Shown: positions 52,355 through 64,000 of the stretch, piece after piece
Position numbering within the stretch: the first letter of the stretch is position 1
Layout: every line of letters starts with the position of its first letter
Assembly (NCBI GenBank): GCA_964234715.1
Contig: OZ174279.1
Reading direction: 5' to 3' (one strand)
Length of the DNA stretch: 64,000 bases
From: Podarcis melisellensis
Lineage: Eukaryota
The notes under the pieces: generated by a model
Told to the model about the DNA's origin: nothing
The model's database searches: none
What the model saw: the letters and a program-made list of their open reading frames with translations, nothing else
Made by a program: the position numbers and the translations under genes

Positions 52355-52710
52355 CAGTGGTGCCCCGCAAGACGAACGCCTCGCAAGACGAAAAACCCGC
52401 TAGACGAAAGGGTTTTCCGTTTTGGAGGCGCTTCGCAAAACGAATTCCCCTATGGGGTTGCTTTGCAAGACGAAAAAAATCTTGCATCCCCCCGCGGGTT
52501 TTTTTCGCTTTTTTCGCCCTTTTCTTAAGCCGCTAAGCCGCTTATCAGCTGTTCCACTGATAAGCCGCTTAACAGCTGATCGCTGGAAGCCGCTTGACAG
52601 CTGTAGCGCTAATCCGCTAAGCTGTCAATGGGCTTGCTTCGCAAGACGAAAAAACCGCTATACGAAGAGCCTCACGGAACGGATTAATTTCGTCTTGCGA
52701 GGCACCACTG
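52355..52710. mobile_element. Young CpG-rich mariner/Tigger-like MITE
   Basis: 22-bp TIR CAGTGGTGCCYCGCAAGACGAA, TA TSD, internal TAAGCCGCT and AAGACGAA repeats. Confidence 0.88.
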
Positions 52711-55700
52711 TAAATGTGAATTCTTTCACAATGCAGTTGGGTTACAGTTCTAATGACAAAGAAAATGCTTCATGCAACTTATTCATTCATTCACAAAAAC
52801 TAGGAGATAACATGCAGGACACAATGAAAAACCGAGTTTGTTCTGTTAAGGGCCAATCATATTCAATGACCCATCTACAAGTAATTATTAATGGAAATAA
52901 GGAGGTTATTTTTATTGCAACATATGTTTACAACATAAACATTAATATGGAATGAACAGTCACATTGGAATGAATGGTAGGAGCAAGGAATTTTGTTTTG
53001 TGGTATAAAAAAATGTAAAAACTGTAACAGCCTGTTTTTATTTTATGTACTAACCTGAAGGGAGAGAGAGTATTTCTTAAGACTCTGGTTAACATCCCCG
53101 CCCCAAGAAAGCCCATTTTAAAATTAATACATTTTTACACCTGAAAGAGTGTATGCCTATCTCCCAAGCCGCCTGTTATTTAGAGGGAGAAAACCTTCAG
53201 AAGGGTCCTGCAGCGTATCAGTGTCAGCACAGAGCCAAGTGTAATTTTCACAAATGCCACCTCAGCACTGCCTGTACCAGAGACCATTCACAGCTTGGGA
53301 GGGGGAGGGGAAAGGATAATCTTAAAGGGCTAGCAACCCTCTGAGAAAAAGAATTGAAAAGCATCCTTGTATGCTAAAGAGTGCTACAGAAATGAGCAAG
53401 GATAGCAATCCCCATTTGTCTGCTGCAGCTAGAAGCTTAAAACCTCGGCAAGGCCAAGTTCTATACTGGCTTGCCTGGGTTTTGTTATTTGTTGACTGGC
53501 TCATAAAAGTTGTCTGTCAGCACCAGCAAGGCCCTGACAGGATGCCATCTCCTGATCTGCAGTAGCCTGCCGGATTAGCCAACAGTTTTTGACCCGGGGT
53601 TTCGTTCTAAACCACACGCCACGGACACAGAGGTACTCCGCTCCACAGCCGACATAATTTGTGATATAAGCCATACTAAACCTGGGCTGAGCAAGAATAG
53701 CAAAATCACACTTGTAAAACCATAATTTAACACAGGAGGTAACTGTAAAGATACAGCAGCTAGGCCAAACAAAAGCAACACCACACAGACCCACATTTGT
53801 GGCAAACAGATTAGCCACACATTTCTAGTGGAATACAGCATTAAGTTTGGCACCAGTTAATTCTACAGCAGAAAAATGATCTTCCATTTAATCCGTTTAG
53901 TAAAAGTTACCCAGAATATAGAATTCTGAATAACATCACCCATAGAAAGAGTTTAAAACAGAGAAAGATACACTTTTTCATTTATGATAATGAGCAGCTG
54001 TTTAGGTTTTTTAAATAACTCCTTCAGACAGAAATAAATTCACTGTGAGCATTTACTATGCATGCGTACCCCTAAATTCGAAGACATCTACAGAAGAATG
54101 ATCCCACTGATTGGATTTAAAGTAGCTGGCTTTGTTAAAAGAAGAGTTAGGTGTGTATAAAATAGATTCAAAACAATTGCTAATCTATATCTATTTGGAA
54201 CTTACACTTTCAAAATTAGTTTGGCTTGAAAAATTTATGAGATTTAGATAGGAAGGCTTTGAATAACTCTAAATATATTGAAATAATGAGTAACAAGCAT
54301 TTTTATAAGGCACATGGCATGAAACAAAAGACTCAATATTCTCTACCATAAATCCTTAGGATATCTCCAGCAGACGCTAAATCTCAGACATATCCCACTG
54401 GTTCAATATGGTTTTTGGAAAACCCTAGCATTAGTTCCATAATTAAAAAGCAGTGGGGTAGGAGAACATGCATACAAAAAACAGGAGGCCAAACTAGACA
54501 AGTTCCCATCCCCAGATCAAATCCATGGTGGCTGAGACTCACCAATTCTGCAAAAGCCTAAATATCCCTTCAACGGTGTGATTAGTCTGTTGACATCAAA
54601 GCATTTCCAAGTCTCGGACAGCCACAAACACATGCCAGACTGTGCAAGATCAGGGTCAAGACGTCTTCCCAGCATCCAACTCTTTCATGGTGACACTAAC
54701 GCTTTATTACCACATACACACACCCTTGCTAGACAACACCCAGCCCGAGAACTTCAAAAGCACAGCAAGGCTTCTTCTTCTATATGGCAGACTTCAACGC
54801 CACCTTTGCACATGAACCAATTTTGAGTGATTAAGACCTGCTCTGTGAGTCAACCGCCCTCATTCCCATGCAACTGCAGAGTAGAATACAGCTTCTGAAA
54901 CCTCCCCCCCCGCTCCTGTTTCCTTGGGCCTTGCTTTTATTCATGGCCATTACTTCACTGTTTCTTACATGTGCTAAGAAACAAGGTAATTGTAATTAAA
55001 GCCTGCCCTACCCTCCCAGGCCTACCTACCAACCCAGGGAACCAGTCTCACTGGGAAGGCACCAGTGTACTGAAAGACAACCAAAGAACTGCAGGCAAAG
55101 CCAACCTCAAAGTTACTGGTGCGGTGAACACAGAAAGGGAGAGAGGAGAAGAGTGAGGTTTTCATGAATTCTACAGGCATGTGTGTTATGAGTGATTCAA
55201 AATTCCTGGCTCCAGTTGAGCAACTTGCAATAATCTCTGGAAAGGTGCCCATATAAACCTAAGATCAGCAAGCAGCCTACATAAAGTTACAGTTTGTCCT
55301 TTACAGGGCAGTTTTGTTTCTTGTGGGGTCTGGAGTTTGCCAATAGGTGCAGAAGCTCACACAAGGAGGGCAAGGCGGCAGATGGTGCCCCAGTTACCTG
55401 TAGCCTCACAAGCCAAGCCCAGGAGGCCCCAACAACGCAGACCCTGACAAGCTGCTGCAAAGTCACTGTGGTCCTGTTCACTGCTGAGTACAGCAAAAGC
55501 ACCACTACTTTCTACCCACCTGCTCCCACCTAAGACTCAGGGGGAAGGGGGCACAGAACAGTTGCTGCTTGCATTCCCCCCCCCCCCTCATAAAAACAGG
55601 TGAATGAGTGGTGGATGCAAGGAACAGCTGCCATGTTCTCTAATCACTCATTGTTTCTCTCACTCAGTGAAGGGGCCCTTGCCACTCATTTGCCCTCTTT

Positions 55701-55839
55701 CACAACAAACTGCTGTAGAGAGGGTTTCACCTGCTGGGTCCAATCCCCACAACTATGGTGCCCAAAGAGAAAGCACAGGTGCAAGCTGCTCACTCAATGA
55801 GCGGCCACCTCATCCTCTTGTTTGCTCACCTATGCTTTC

Positions 55840-56103
55840 TGCTCCAGAGAAGCGGACACGGAGCAATGGATCCAAACTACAAGAAAGAAGATTCCACCTA
55901 AACATTAGGAAGAACTTCCTGACAGTAAGAGCTGTTCGACAGTGGAATTTGCTGCCAAGGAGTGTGGTGGAGTCTCCTTCTTTGGAGGTCCTTAAGCAGA
56001 GGCTTGACAACCATATGTCAGGAGTGCTCTGATGGTGTTTCCTGCTTGGCATGGGGTTGGACTCGATGGCCCTTGTGGTCTCTTCCAACTCTATGATTCT
56101 ATG
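55840..56103 (+). mobile_element. CR1 LINE 3' end (5'-truncated)
   Basis: ORF2 C-terminus [52 protein letters not shown]; 3' hairpin and (ATTCTATG)-type tail. Confidence 0.9.
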
Positions 56104-56497
56104 CTCTGAGTGGCGCAATGGTGGTGGATGCCTAGTGATCTGGCCTTTTCAGTCAAGCCAGTGAGGAACACACCAGGTGAGGTGCTGCTGTTGCTTGAGG
56201 GTAGCCAAGCATCTCCAAGCACAGAATCACCCAAAAATGCTGGGAAAGGGTCTGTGGGGAGAGGGTGCTACTGTGTGTAAGGCGCTGGGAGCAACTTCAA
56301 GCAGGCATCGTGCCTGCCACAGGGCAGTGCCACACGCATTGCGGCCAACCTGTCAAGTGGAAGCGTTGAAACCTGGCCCAGTAAGGAGGACTGAGCTCCC
56401 TGCAGTGCGAAATGAGGTGGCTCCTTCTTCCACCGCCACCAACTGGCCCCTGGCAAGCCTATGCTTACCCTCTGAGGGCCACAATGGTCGGGACTGG

Positions 56498-56635
56498 GCG
56501 AGAGGATATCTCAGTTGGTAGAGCATGAGACTCCCAATCTCAGGGTTGTGGGTTCAAGCCCCACATTGGGCAAAGGATTCCTGCATTGCAGGGTATTGGA
56601 CTAGATGAGCCTTGTGGTCATTTCCAATTCAATGA
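56498..56635 (+). mobile_element. tRNA(Lys)-derived SINE with CR1-type tail (Squam2-like)
   Basis: A box TATCTCAGTTGG, B box GGTTCAAGCCC, tail ttggactagatgagccttgtggtcatttccaa. Confidence 0.7.
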
Positions 56636-56899
56636 AGACAGGAACGACCAAGAAGCAGCTCCCAGACCTTCTCTCTCTCTCCCTGACCAGTGCCAGAGGA
56701 CCTACTCCTTCCAGCCATGCTGCCCACAGTGTGTGTGTGTGTGTGCACACATGTGCAATCTTATGCCCGCTTGCTCACTTTCTTGCTTCATTCATGTAGT
56801 AGACAGGGATGCACTTGAGAGGAAAGAGGTTGTCGCCCCCCCCCGTCAAAAAAATATCAATACTGTAGGCAGAAGGAACCTCCATAACCTGCAACCAGC

Positions 56900-58120
56900 C
56901 CTCAGGGGGGAGAATAGTCTAGCAGGCTGTAGGGCCGCGTCCCGCTTTTGCCCTCTGCAATGTCCACATCAGCCACAGGATTAGGAATGTTGCCTGGGGC
57001 CCTCCTGCAAAATGGAGCGGGGTGTGTGGAGAGGATAGAGTACAAAGCCTCTCGTTTCGCCCCCCTCCCTTTCCCGGCTTTTTCTTCTGGCTCGTTTAAG
57101 GTCAGGAGCCTAGGACGCGCCGGCCAGGAGAGGGAGGAGTGGGCTTTTTCTTCTTTTTCCTGCCGCTGCTGCTCCTCCGCCCCCGTCGCTCCTCGGAGGA
57201 GCAGGAAGAACCTGGCCAGGAAAGTTGGTGCAAAGTTTTGCGGCTGAGTTGGGAGGGGGAGGAGATCCGGCTGCCGCGCGCCTGTGACACGTAGCCCGAT
57301 CGGTTCCCCCGCCCCTCCTCCTGCTCCTCGCCTCCCTGCCGAGGGGACGGAGCCCCGGCGCGAGCGTGCGCCCCGCTCGGGCCACCCTCCGTCTTCCAGG
57401 GGGAGGAATGCGGAGAGAGGGGCAGCTCCGCAGGGGAGGACGCGGGAGGACAGCCCGTGCCGGCGCCTCCTCTCTGCCTCCACGTCGGCAAGCAGCTCGC
57501 TCGCTCTCTCCTCCTCCTCCCAACCCTTTCTTTCTCTCCGCTGCCCCTGCTCCGCACCCCCGCCCCGCATTCCCGCGGCTGCCGCCGCCTTCCCGTCTGC
57601 TCTCCCGCCACCCCCGGCCCGCGCGCCCGCCCTCCTGCCCCGTACGTGGCACTCACTCCGGCCCGTGCCTGCTTAGCTCGCTCTGCTGGAGAAGCCCCGA
57701 AGCGCTCCCGGGAAGGCGGCGAGGCACCTTCCCGTCTGCTATATGGGGGAGAGGCTGCCAATCCCAGGCTCACACGTCAGACGAGCCGGGCCCCTTCCCT
57801 TTCCCTTCCTGGGAAGGCCCGGCCCAGCTGCCAGCGACTGGGGAGGCGCGGAGAGGCGCTGGGTCAAGCGACGCAGCCGCTCCCGCCCGAGCTGCAAGTC
57901 CCCCAACTAGCCCCGCCGCCAAGGGAGGCGAATTCTCCCATTTTGACTGAAGGGAAGGGGGGCGAAAGCCGAAAAGGAACTCTTCCACCTCCTCCATAGC
58001 AAAACGTGGCGACCATGTGCACGTTTACTCAGAAACAAAACCTTGGGCATGTATTCCGAGGAAACGTGTAAAAAGTTCGTGCTGCGTGCCTGCAATCCTA
58101 AACTCGCAGACTACCACGGA
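56900..58120. promoter_or_regulatory. CpG island / HDLBP promoter
   Basis: Abrupt high GC and CpG density with GC boxes. TATA-like CATATAG (- strand, 57739-57745), CCAAT at ~57758, TGACGT (- strand, ~57774-57779), YY1-like CCATTTT at ~57938. Confidence 0.85.
57657..57715 (-). other. HDLBP: Probable HDLBP non-coding first exon (5' end approximate)
   Basis: |gtgagt donor at 57656-57651; TSS estimated ~28 nt downstream of the TATA-like element. Confidence 0.55.
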
Positions 58121-58227
58121 ATAAGCCCCCATAAACTCTTCAGAGTCAGAGTGAATATGCTCAAGAAATATAGGGAACCAGGCAGAGAGCCTTCTAGGTA
58201 GTGGCACCCACTTTGTGGAACACACTC

Positions 58228-58398
58228 CCACCAGATGTCAAAGAGAATAGCAACTACCAGACTTTTAGAAGACATCTGAAGGCAGCCCTGTTTAGGGAAG
58301 CTTTTAATGTTTAATGGAGTATTGTATTTTAATATTTTGTTGGGAGCCGCCCAGAGCGGCTGGGGAAACCCAGCCAGATGGGCAGGGTATAAATAACA

Positions 58399-58443
<45 letters not shown>

Positions 58444-58445
58444 TA
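58228..58445 (+). mobile_element. L2-type LINE 3' end with (TTA)n tail
   Basis: Reverse complement of the 46.2-46.4 kb element; (TTA)n at 58400-58443. Confidence 0.8.
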
Positions 58446-58676
58446 CAAATATTCAGTTTTAATTGTGGACCTCGGACGTTCAAATCAAAATACTTTGCCT
58501 ATAATTTCAACATAGGCACAGGAGGCAGAAACCGCCCACACCATACGTTCCAACACATTTAAAGAACAAGGCTTACCTCAAATAATTCTGGGAGTTGTAG
58601 TTTAAGGGGGCAGGAAAAACTCTAGGGGTTAGATACCTGTATGAGAATGCCTTGTCACCATAACCTAGTGATTCTT

Positions 58677-58814
58677 GTTACAGATAGGTAGCCGTGTTGG
58701 TCTGCCATAGTCAAAGCAAAAAAAAAAAAAGTGTGCATGCACACGAAAGCTCATACCAAGAACTAACTTAGTTGGTCTTTAAGGTGCTACTGGAAGGAAT
58801 TTTTTTTGCTTTGA
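58677..58814. mobile_element. Penelope-like element-derived short insertion (inverted pLTR fragments)
   Basis: 12-14 bp TSD ctagtgattctt(gt) at 58665 and 58815; GTAGCCGTGTTGGTCTG end motif; 68 bp identical to the 62.6-kb copy. Confidence 0.75.
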
Positions 58815-61110
58815 CTAGTGATTCTTGTACACAGCACATAGGTCACATTTCATAGGTGGTTTCCTTACAAGTGGAGTTGGATAAAATAGTGCTCTTGGGG
58901 AAAAAGTAGGGGAGTGTATGGAACAGCAGTACAGTACTCCATATTGCACCAACCACTCGAGTAGGAAGTAAACAGTTGTACTTAATTTTCAACCATCAAC
59001 TTTCTTCTGCCAGTAATTAAATAAACAACAGTAATCTAAGAGCCACATCACACAATACAATAATCACCTAAATCTACCCTTGACTTTTAGAACCATTATT
59101 TCTATCTTCAGAAGATGGACAACAATTACCGGTATTTACCCTCTCTTCTGATGTTTAAAGTATCTGAGAACTGTTAGCATATCTGTTCCCACTACATCAT
59201 CTTTTAAGTTGTTAAACCCTCAAATGTTATTCAGCATTTCTTCATCTAAATATGCTTCCTAGAACAGTTATCGTTTGTGTAGCTCTCATAAGATTTTCTT
59301 TAAATTCAAAATTGACAACATTCTACTTGTACTGGGATACACAGAACTGAAAACAACTTCAGATGTGGTTTTACAAGCACCAGGCAGAGCAGTAGTACAG
59401 TACTATTGCTCTGGGTCAACAAGACATGATGTTCCTGTTGATACAGACTAAAACAGGTTTGGTCTTATGTGGCATTACATCATATTGCAGACCTGTCTTT
59501 CGTTGTTCATCCACTACTTTATGATTCCTACATTTTTATCTGAAATGCTGCTAGTTGGCCATCTCCTTATACTTGTGCATCTGATTATTACCGTATTTCT
59601 TACATGTAATACTTCATATAGTAGTAACTATCTGTCTCCTTTTCTCAGTCCCTTCAGTATCATCTGATCCTGGAACACTGCCAGGACATGGTTTGATCTC
59701 TCTTTATAGTCTGATATTGATCCACATGTTGCAAACCTTGCACTCACTAGCTAAACAAATAGGTGCCCAATTCTCTCTATGTAATACGGAGTCTGTTGCC
59801 TGATTCACATTACCTAGTATTACCGAAATATATTATTCTTGAATATTTATTGCAAATTGTCAGCAAGGAGAGTGCTTAACAATGGGCCTGACTTAGCTTG
59901 GAATGGCATGGGTGTAAATAAATCCATGAAAGAGCAAAGTGGCTGCAAACTGCTTTTTAGGAGCCCACACATTTGAATGGTCCCAGTAAGCCATAGTTTG
60001 GCTTACCGTATCATGTGAATGAGGCCAGTATCAACCTGTCTTTTAACCTAGACAACATACCGGTACCTTGAGGTTTCTTGAATAATGTAATGAAAGACCA
60101 AGGCTGTCATTTTAAGCATGTTTAAGGAATAAATCCTATTAATTACACATGCTTAAAATAAAACCTGTCTCTTCTGCATCAGTTTGTACTCTCCCATTGT
60201 CTCCCAAGACAGACAGATGCCAACATCAAAAGAATCATATTACACGTCAAAAGACACAGTCCAAATGCATATCAGCTGCATTTTTATTTGTTCAGAAAAT
60301 GTGATGTTATGACAAAAAATCAGAAAGAACAAAGCTGTGTTTAGACTAGTAAAACAGTCAAATATCACTGTTGAGCAGCAACTTTTTATTGTGGCCAGTC
60401 TTCCCTATTCACTCAGGTTCACAGCTTTGAGTCAGGAAGAAAGGAATGGTTAGGAATTAAGTAATATAAAGACAACCACTTACACAAGACCAACTCCTGT
60501 GCAACCACATATATGCATGGTGCCGGGAAATCAATAAACAAATGGATTCAAGCCTGGAAATGGCGGGGGAGAGCTGGAGAGTCCTCGTGGCTTTTGAGGA
60601 CACCCTTCCCAGAGCCCAAAGATAATGTCAGTGAGGTGACGGGTGGCACAGGTGGGCTTAGTTTAGGCTGCTCAGCCTCCCCACCTAACAGCTGACGTGG
60701 GGTAGTGCAACAGCAGCCAACGCTTTTCCACACATCCTCTAACCTCCAGCCAGCCCCAGAGCTTCAATTCTAGATCTGGATATTTTTGGATCCAGTATTT
60801 TTGATCTGGATTGGAGAAAGAGTGGCAGAGAGGGTGTTTAAAGGGTGTTCCCCAATTACGCAGTTTTCACCTATGTGCACGGGGTCCCAGAAAGTAACGC
60901 CCACATGTGTAAGGGGGGAGCCTGTATTGCCTTTCATAGAGCTTGGTTCACAGTACATAATTTAATTCCCCAAACTGCACATGTCCCCTTTCTCTTCCAT
61001 ATGCTAAAGCAAAATCCTCAAGTATAGAAAAATCCTCTAATATCAAATATAGTTAAATGCAATCAAAATAAGTTGTGCTTAGAACATTGCCATATCTCCT
61101 TCAAGAAGTA

Positions 61111-61352
61111 CAGTGGAACCTTGGTTCCTGAATGGCTTAGTTGCTGAACAAATCAGCTTCCGAACGCCGCAATCCCAGAAGTAAGTGTTCCTGTTTTCAA
61201 ACGTTTTTCAGAAGCCGAACATCCAATGCAGCTTCTGCTTGAGTGCAGGAAGTTCCTGCAGCTAATCGGAAGCTGCGCCTTGGTTTTTGAATGGTTTCAG
61301 GAGTCGAACAGACTGCCGGAACGGATTAAGTTTGAGAACTAAGGTACCACTG
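61111..61352. mobile_element. Mariner/Tigger-like MITE
   Basis: TA|CAGTGGAACCTT ... AAGGTACCACTG|TA. Confidence 0.82.
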
Positions 61353-62505
61353 TACTCTTTCGTTGCTAGACTACCACCATCCAGCTAGTTCTAAGCTCCT
61401 CGGAACCTGGTGTGAATTCTTTTAACTTATTCACATAGTACAATCATCTTCAACTAGAAAAGTGTTTCACAACTCTTCCTGTCCAGCCTCAACGGCCGAG
61501 GTCACTATATCTATGAATGTCAAAACATGCGAGAAGGAAGGGAAGTGCAGCATTCTAACGCTAGACAATGTTGCATCTCCATATTCACTTCAAAAAAATA
61601 ATAGTAGTAGTATTAGTAATCATCATGAGTATAGTGTTTTCAAGCGTTTAAAGTGCTTAGCACGTGTTATTCCTCTCTCGCCTTTTAAAGTTTGCAATTA
61701 TGAGAGAAAGTGTGGGCTGGGTGCGCAACCATACCACTAGGGTCTTAAACGCATGCTGGTCCACACTGAAAACAGAACACTCTTGAGACCCATGTTGTCA
61801 CACTGAGGGGCTCTTCCATGCTACTTCACAGGAACTGCCTTCTCCATCTTGGCTTTTAACAATTTTAACATTAAAAGCCAAGGCAGAATATAACTTCCTT
61901 TCCAGGTAACTGCCCCTACAACAGCAATCCATAAACTTTCGTGAGAATCAAATACTCTCTTGAACCTCTCCAGGCATTTCTCAGCCAGATCTCCATTTCA
62001 CCATGTTTCCTTGCAATGTTTTCCCTAAACGTGTTGCAACATTCTACAGAATAAACCACACAATCGATCACATGTACTGCTAATAGATGGTCTGCAGCAA
62101 GATTAAATCCATCACAGTATAACAAGCTACTAGATCTCATTCTGTTGTCTGTGCAAAAAAACACCCTGACATTTAAGCAGATATTTTACATCCTTCAAAA
62201 TATACGGTTGCAATACGAGATGTGACCTAACATGCCACTAACTCCATGCTGGAGATAAAATATATTCTGGAAGGGTTCCATTGCATCCCATTGTTTTCTG
62301 CTCCTAATGTAGGAATTTCTGGTTGTGCTAACATGTCACAGCATGACTTCAACAGGATTTAAAGTTTCCAAATGGGGGAGGACAGCTTGTCATAACTTGC
62401 ACCTCCCCCACACATCAAGATCAGACATCCTGTAGGAGGATAAAGAAGAAATTTCAGGGGAGGCAAAAGGTCTGTCTTGACCTGCTTACCCTCCCATTGG
62501 ATAAA

Positions 62506-62717
62506 ACAAAACAAAAAATCCTTCCAGTAGCACCTTAAAGACCAACTAAGTTAGTTCTTGGTATGAGCTTTCGTGTGCATGCACACTTCTTCAGATACAG
62601 TGTGCATGCACACGAAAGCTCATACCAAGAACTAACTTAGTTGGTCTTTAAGGTGCTACTGGAAGGATTTTTTTTTGTTTTGACTATGGCAGACCAAAAC
62701 GGCTACCTATCTGTAAC
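62506..62717. mobile_element. Penelope-like element-derived short insertion with a perfect 75-bp inverted repeat
   Basis: TSD ctcccattggataaaaca (62491-62508 / 62717-62734, overlapping the element ends); arms 62513-62587 and 62599-62673. Confidence 0.8.
62561..62598 (-). ncRNA. Minimal type I hammerhead ribozyme motif
   Basis: GUAU-CUGAAGA-A-GUGUG(CAUG)CACAC-GAAA-GC-UC^-AUAC: conserved core CUGANGA/GAAA/UH, 4-bp stem I, 5-bp stem II, palindromic AGCU in place of stem III. Confidence 0.75.
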
Positions 62718-64000
62718 TCCCATTGGATAAAACAGCTTCGGTAAGACTGATTTGCCATTGTTCGCTCACGTTTTCTCCTCCTAGGAAAAGTTGTTTATAG
62801 TATGCCCTCACCATTCTCAGATTATTAGGATGACACAAGTCTCAAGCAAGGGAGCTTACAAGAGGCACAACAACTTTGTAGTAGGTAGGGGGGAAAGAGA
62901 AAACAGGTCTGCATTGTGGATTCACAAAAAGCAAAATTTTGCAATGAGTAGTTTCACTTAGGCCCTTTAAAAATCAGTATTTATTTCTTAAAGGCCAATC
63001 TAAAGAACGTAAAAACAATTCTATGAAGTGTGCCAAATAGAAATCAATTTCTGTTACTAATTTTGGAAGAACAGGATTATCCCAGTTATCCAAGAAGGAT
63101 GTTTAACCCAATCCAACTGTTCCCAGAAACAAAAATGGCCAGAAAGCATTCATCACATATCCTAATACATGATGTCTTCAATCAAAGAGTGATGGGATGG
63201 TTTACTATTCAGGAGGCCATTACCCCTACGAAGGTTAATCATAACACATCAAGCCTCTTGTCTGTAACATCATGTTCAGCTGACTATAGCATTCTTCAGA
63301 TTGAAAATGGCTATTAAAGTTCTCAGAGAACTGGTTGTCTGTATCGGGGTCCCCAACCTTGTGACACATGGGGGCCATATTCGAGATTCCAATGCCTAAA
63401 GAGGGTGGCAGCTTGAATCAAAATGGGACTCAACATTATTAGTTTGCTAATCAAGGTCAAAAGTAAAAAGCCAGAGGTCAACAAAGAAATGTTAACCTGA
63501 ACTCAATCCATTTTGAAACAATCTAAGTATTATAGAATCTATGTCCTCATATAGCTACACATGCTTACCTGGTCATTTCTGTGGTTGTTTTCTGTTAGCC
63601 AAGGCACTGATGTCCAGGTTAAAGTCTGTGACAGACACTCTTAAAATGCCACGTAAATGTCCATTTATAAGTTTTGACCCACACTTGGATTTGACAATTT
63701 TAATCTTTGAAAAAAAATATCTATGTGGTGCCAATATATCAGATAGGCCAGAATAAAAACTATTTAATTTGTATATGTCACTGGGATTATCATTGGCTTG
63801 CAAATCAACGAATTTCATCTGAAAATAATTCACTTGCCTCTTCCGGTGCCACTTCAAATGGATTCGGAAACATTCCTATATACAGAGGCCGCTATGGTGC
63901 TACTTGGAGGCCAGAAGAAACAATGAAGCTGGTGTATATTTGCAGGGGAAGCACAGGACAGTGGCAGTAGATGGTGTCCCACGGGACAATGAGAAACAGT

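Noticed and set aside
52422-52955. 177-aa ORF
   Set aside because: Spans a non-coding MITE and flanking intron; no transposase motifs
56498-56572. tRNA-Lys-like sequence
   Set aside because: Stems and anticodon arm are broken and it runs into a CR1-type tail, so it is a SINE head rather than a tRNA gene
56902-57999. Cluster of long overlapping ORFs (130-223 aa) on both strands
   Set aside because: By-product of the stop-poor GC-rich CpG island; low-complexity R/G/A/P translations with no recognisable domain
62599-62625. Second hammerhead on the + strand (also 58731-58756)
   Set aside because: Lacks the CUGANGA box and the 5' strand of stem I; only a half motif
1-64000. CRISPR arrays, operons, rRNA or intronic snoRNA/miRNA genes
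   Set aside because: Eukaryotic spliced locus with no repeat-spacer pattern; no snoRNA or miRNA could be supported by eye (an Rfam scan would be needed to exclude them)

Overview
Vertebrate genomic DNA, almost certainly from a squamate and probably a lacertid lizard, judged by its Sauria SINE, Squam-type SINE, CR1, L2 and mariner-MITE content. The window holds two convergent multi-exon genes. The first is the 3' half of ANO7/TMEM16G (+ strand, 13 exons read, 265-12412). The second is the complete HDLBP/vigilin gene (- strand): 26 coding exons from 41635 to 15532 give 1267 aa, with a 65-nt non-coding exon at 43412-43476 and a CpG-island first exon near 57.7 kb. The two 3' ends appear to meet at one bidirectional poly(A) cassette (~13384-13427). 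Introns and the upstream region carry many transposon relics. The most notable observations are: two very young Penelope-like short insertions, one with an intact minimal type I hammerhead ribozyme inside a perfect 75-bp inverted repeat; the interlocked poly(A) signals; and an acidic residue at the ANO7 TM5 position that influences ion selectivity in other TMEM16 proteins. Most of the supplied ORF track is noise from a spliced genome. All identifications were made by eye and from memory, without alignments.
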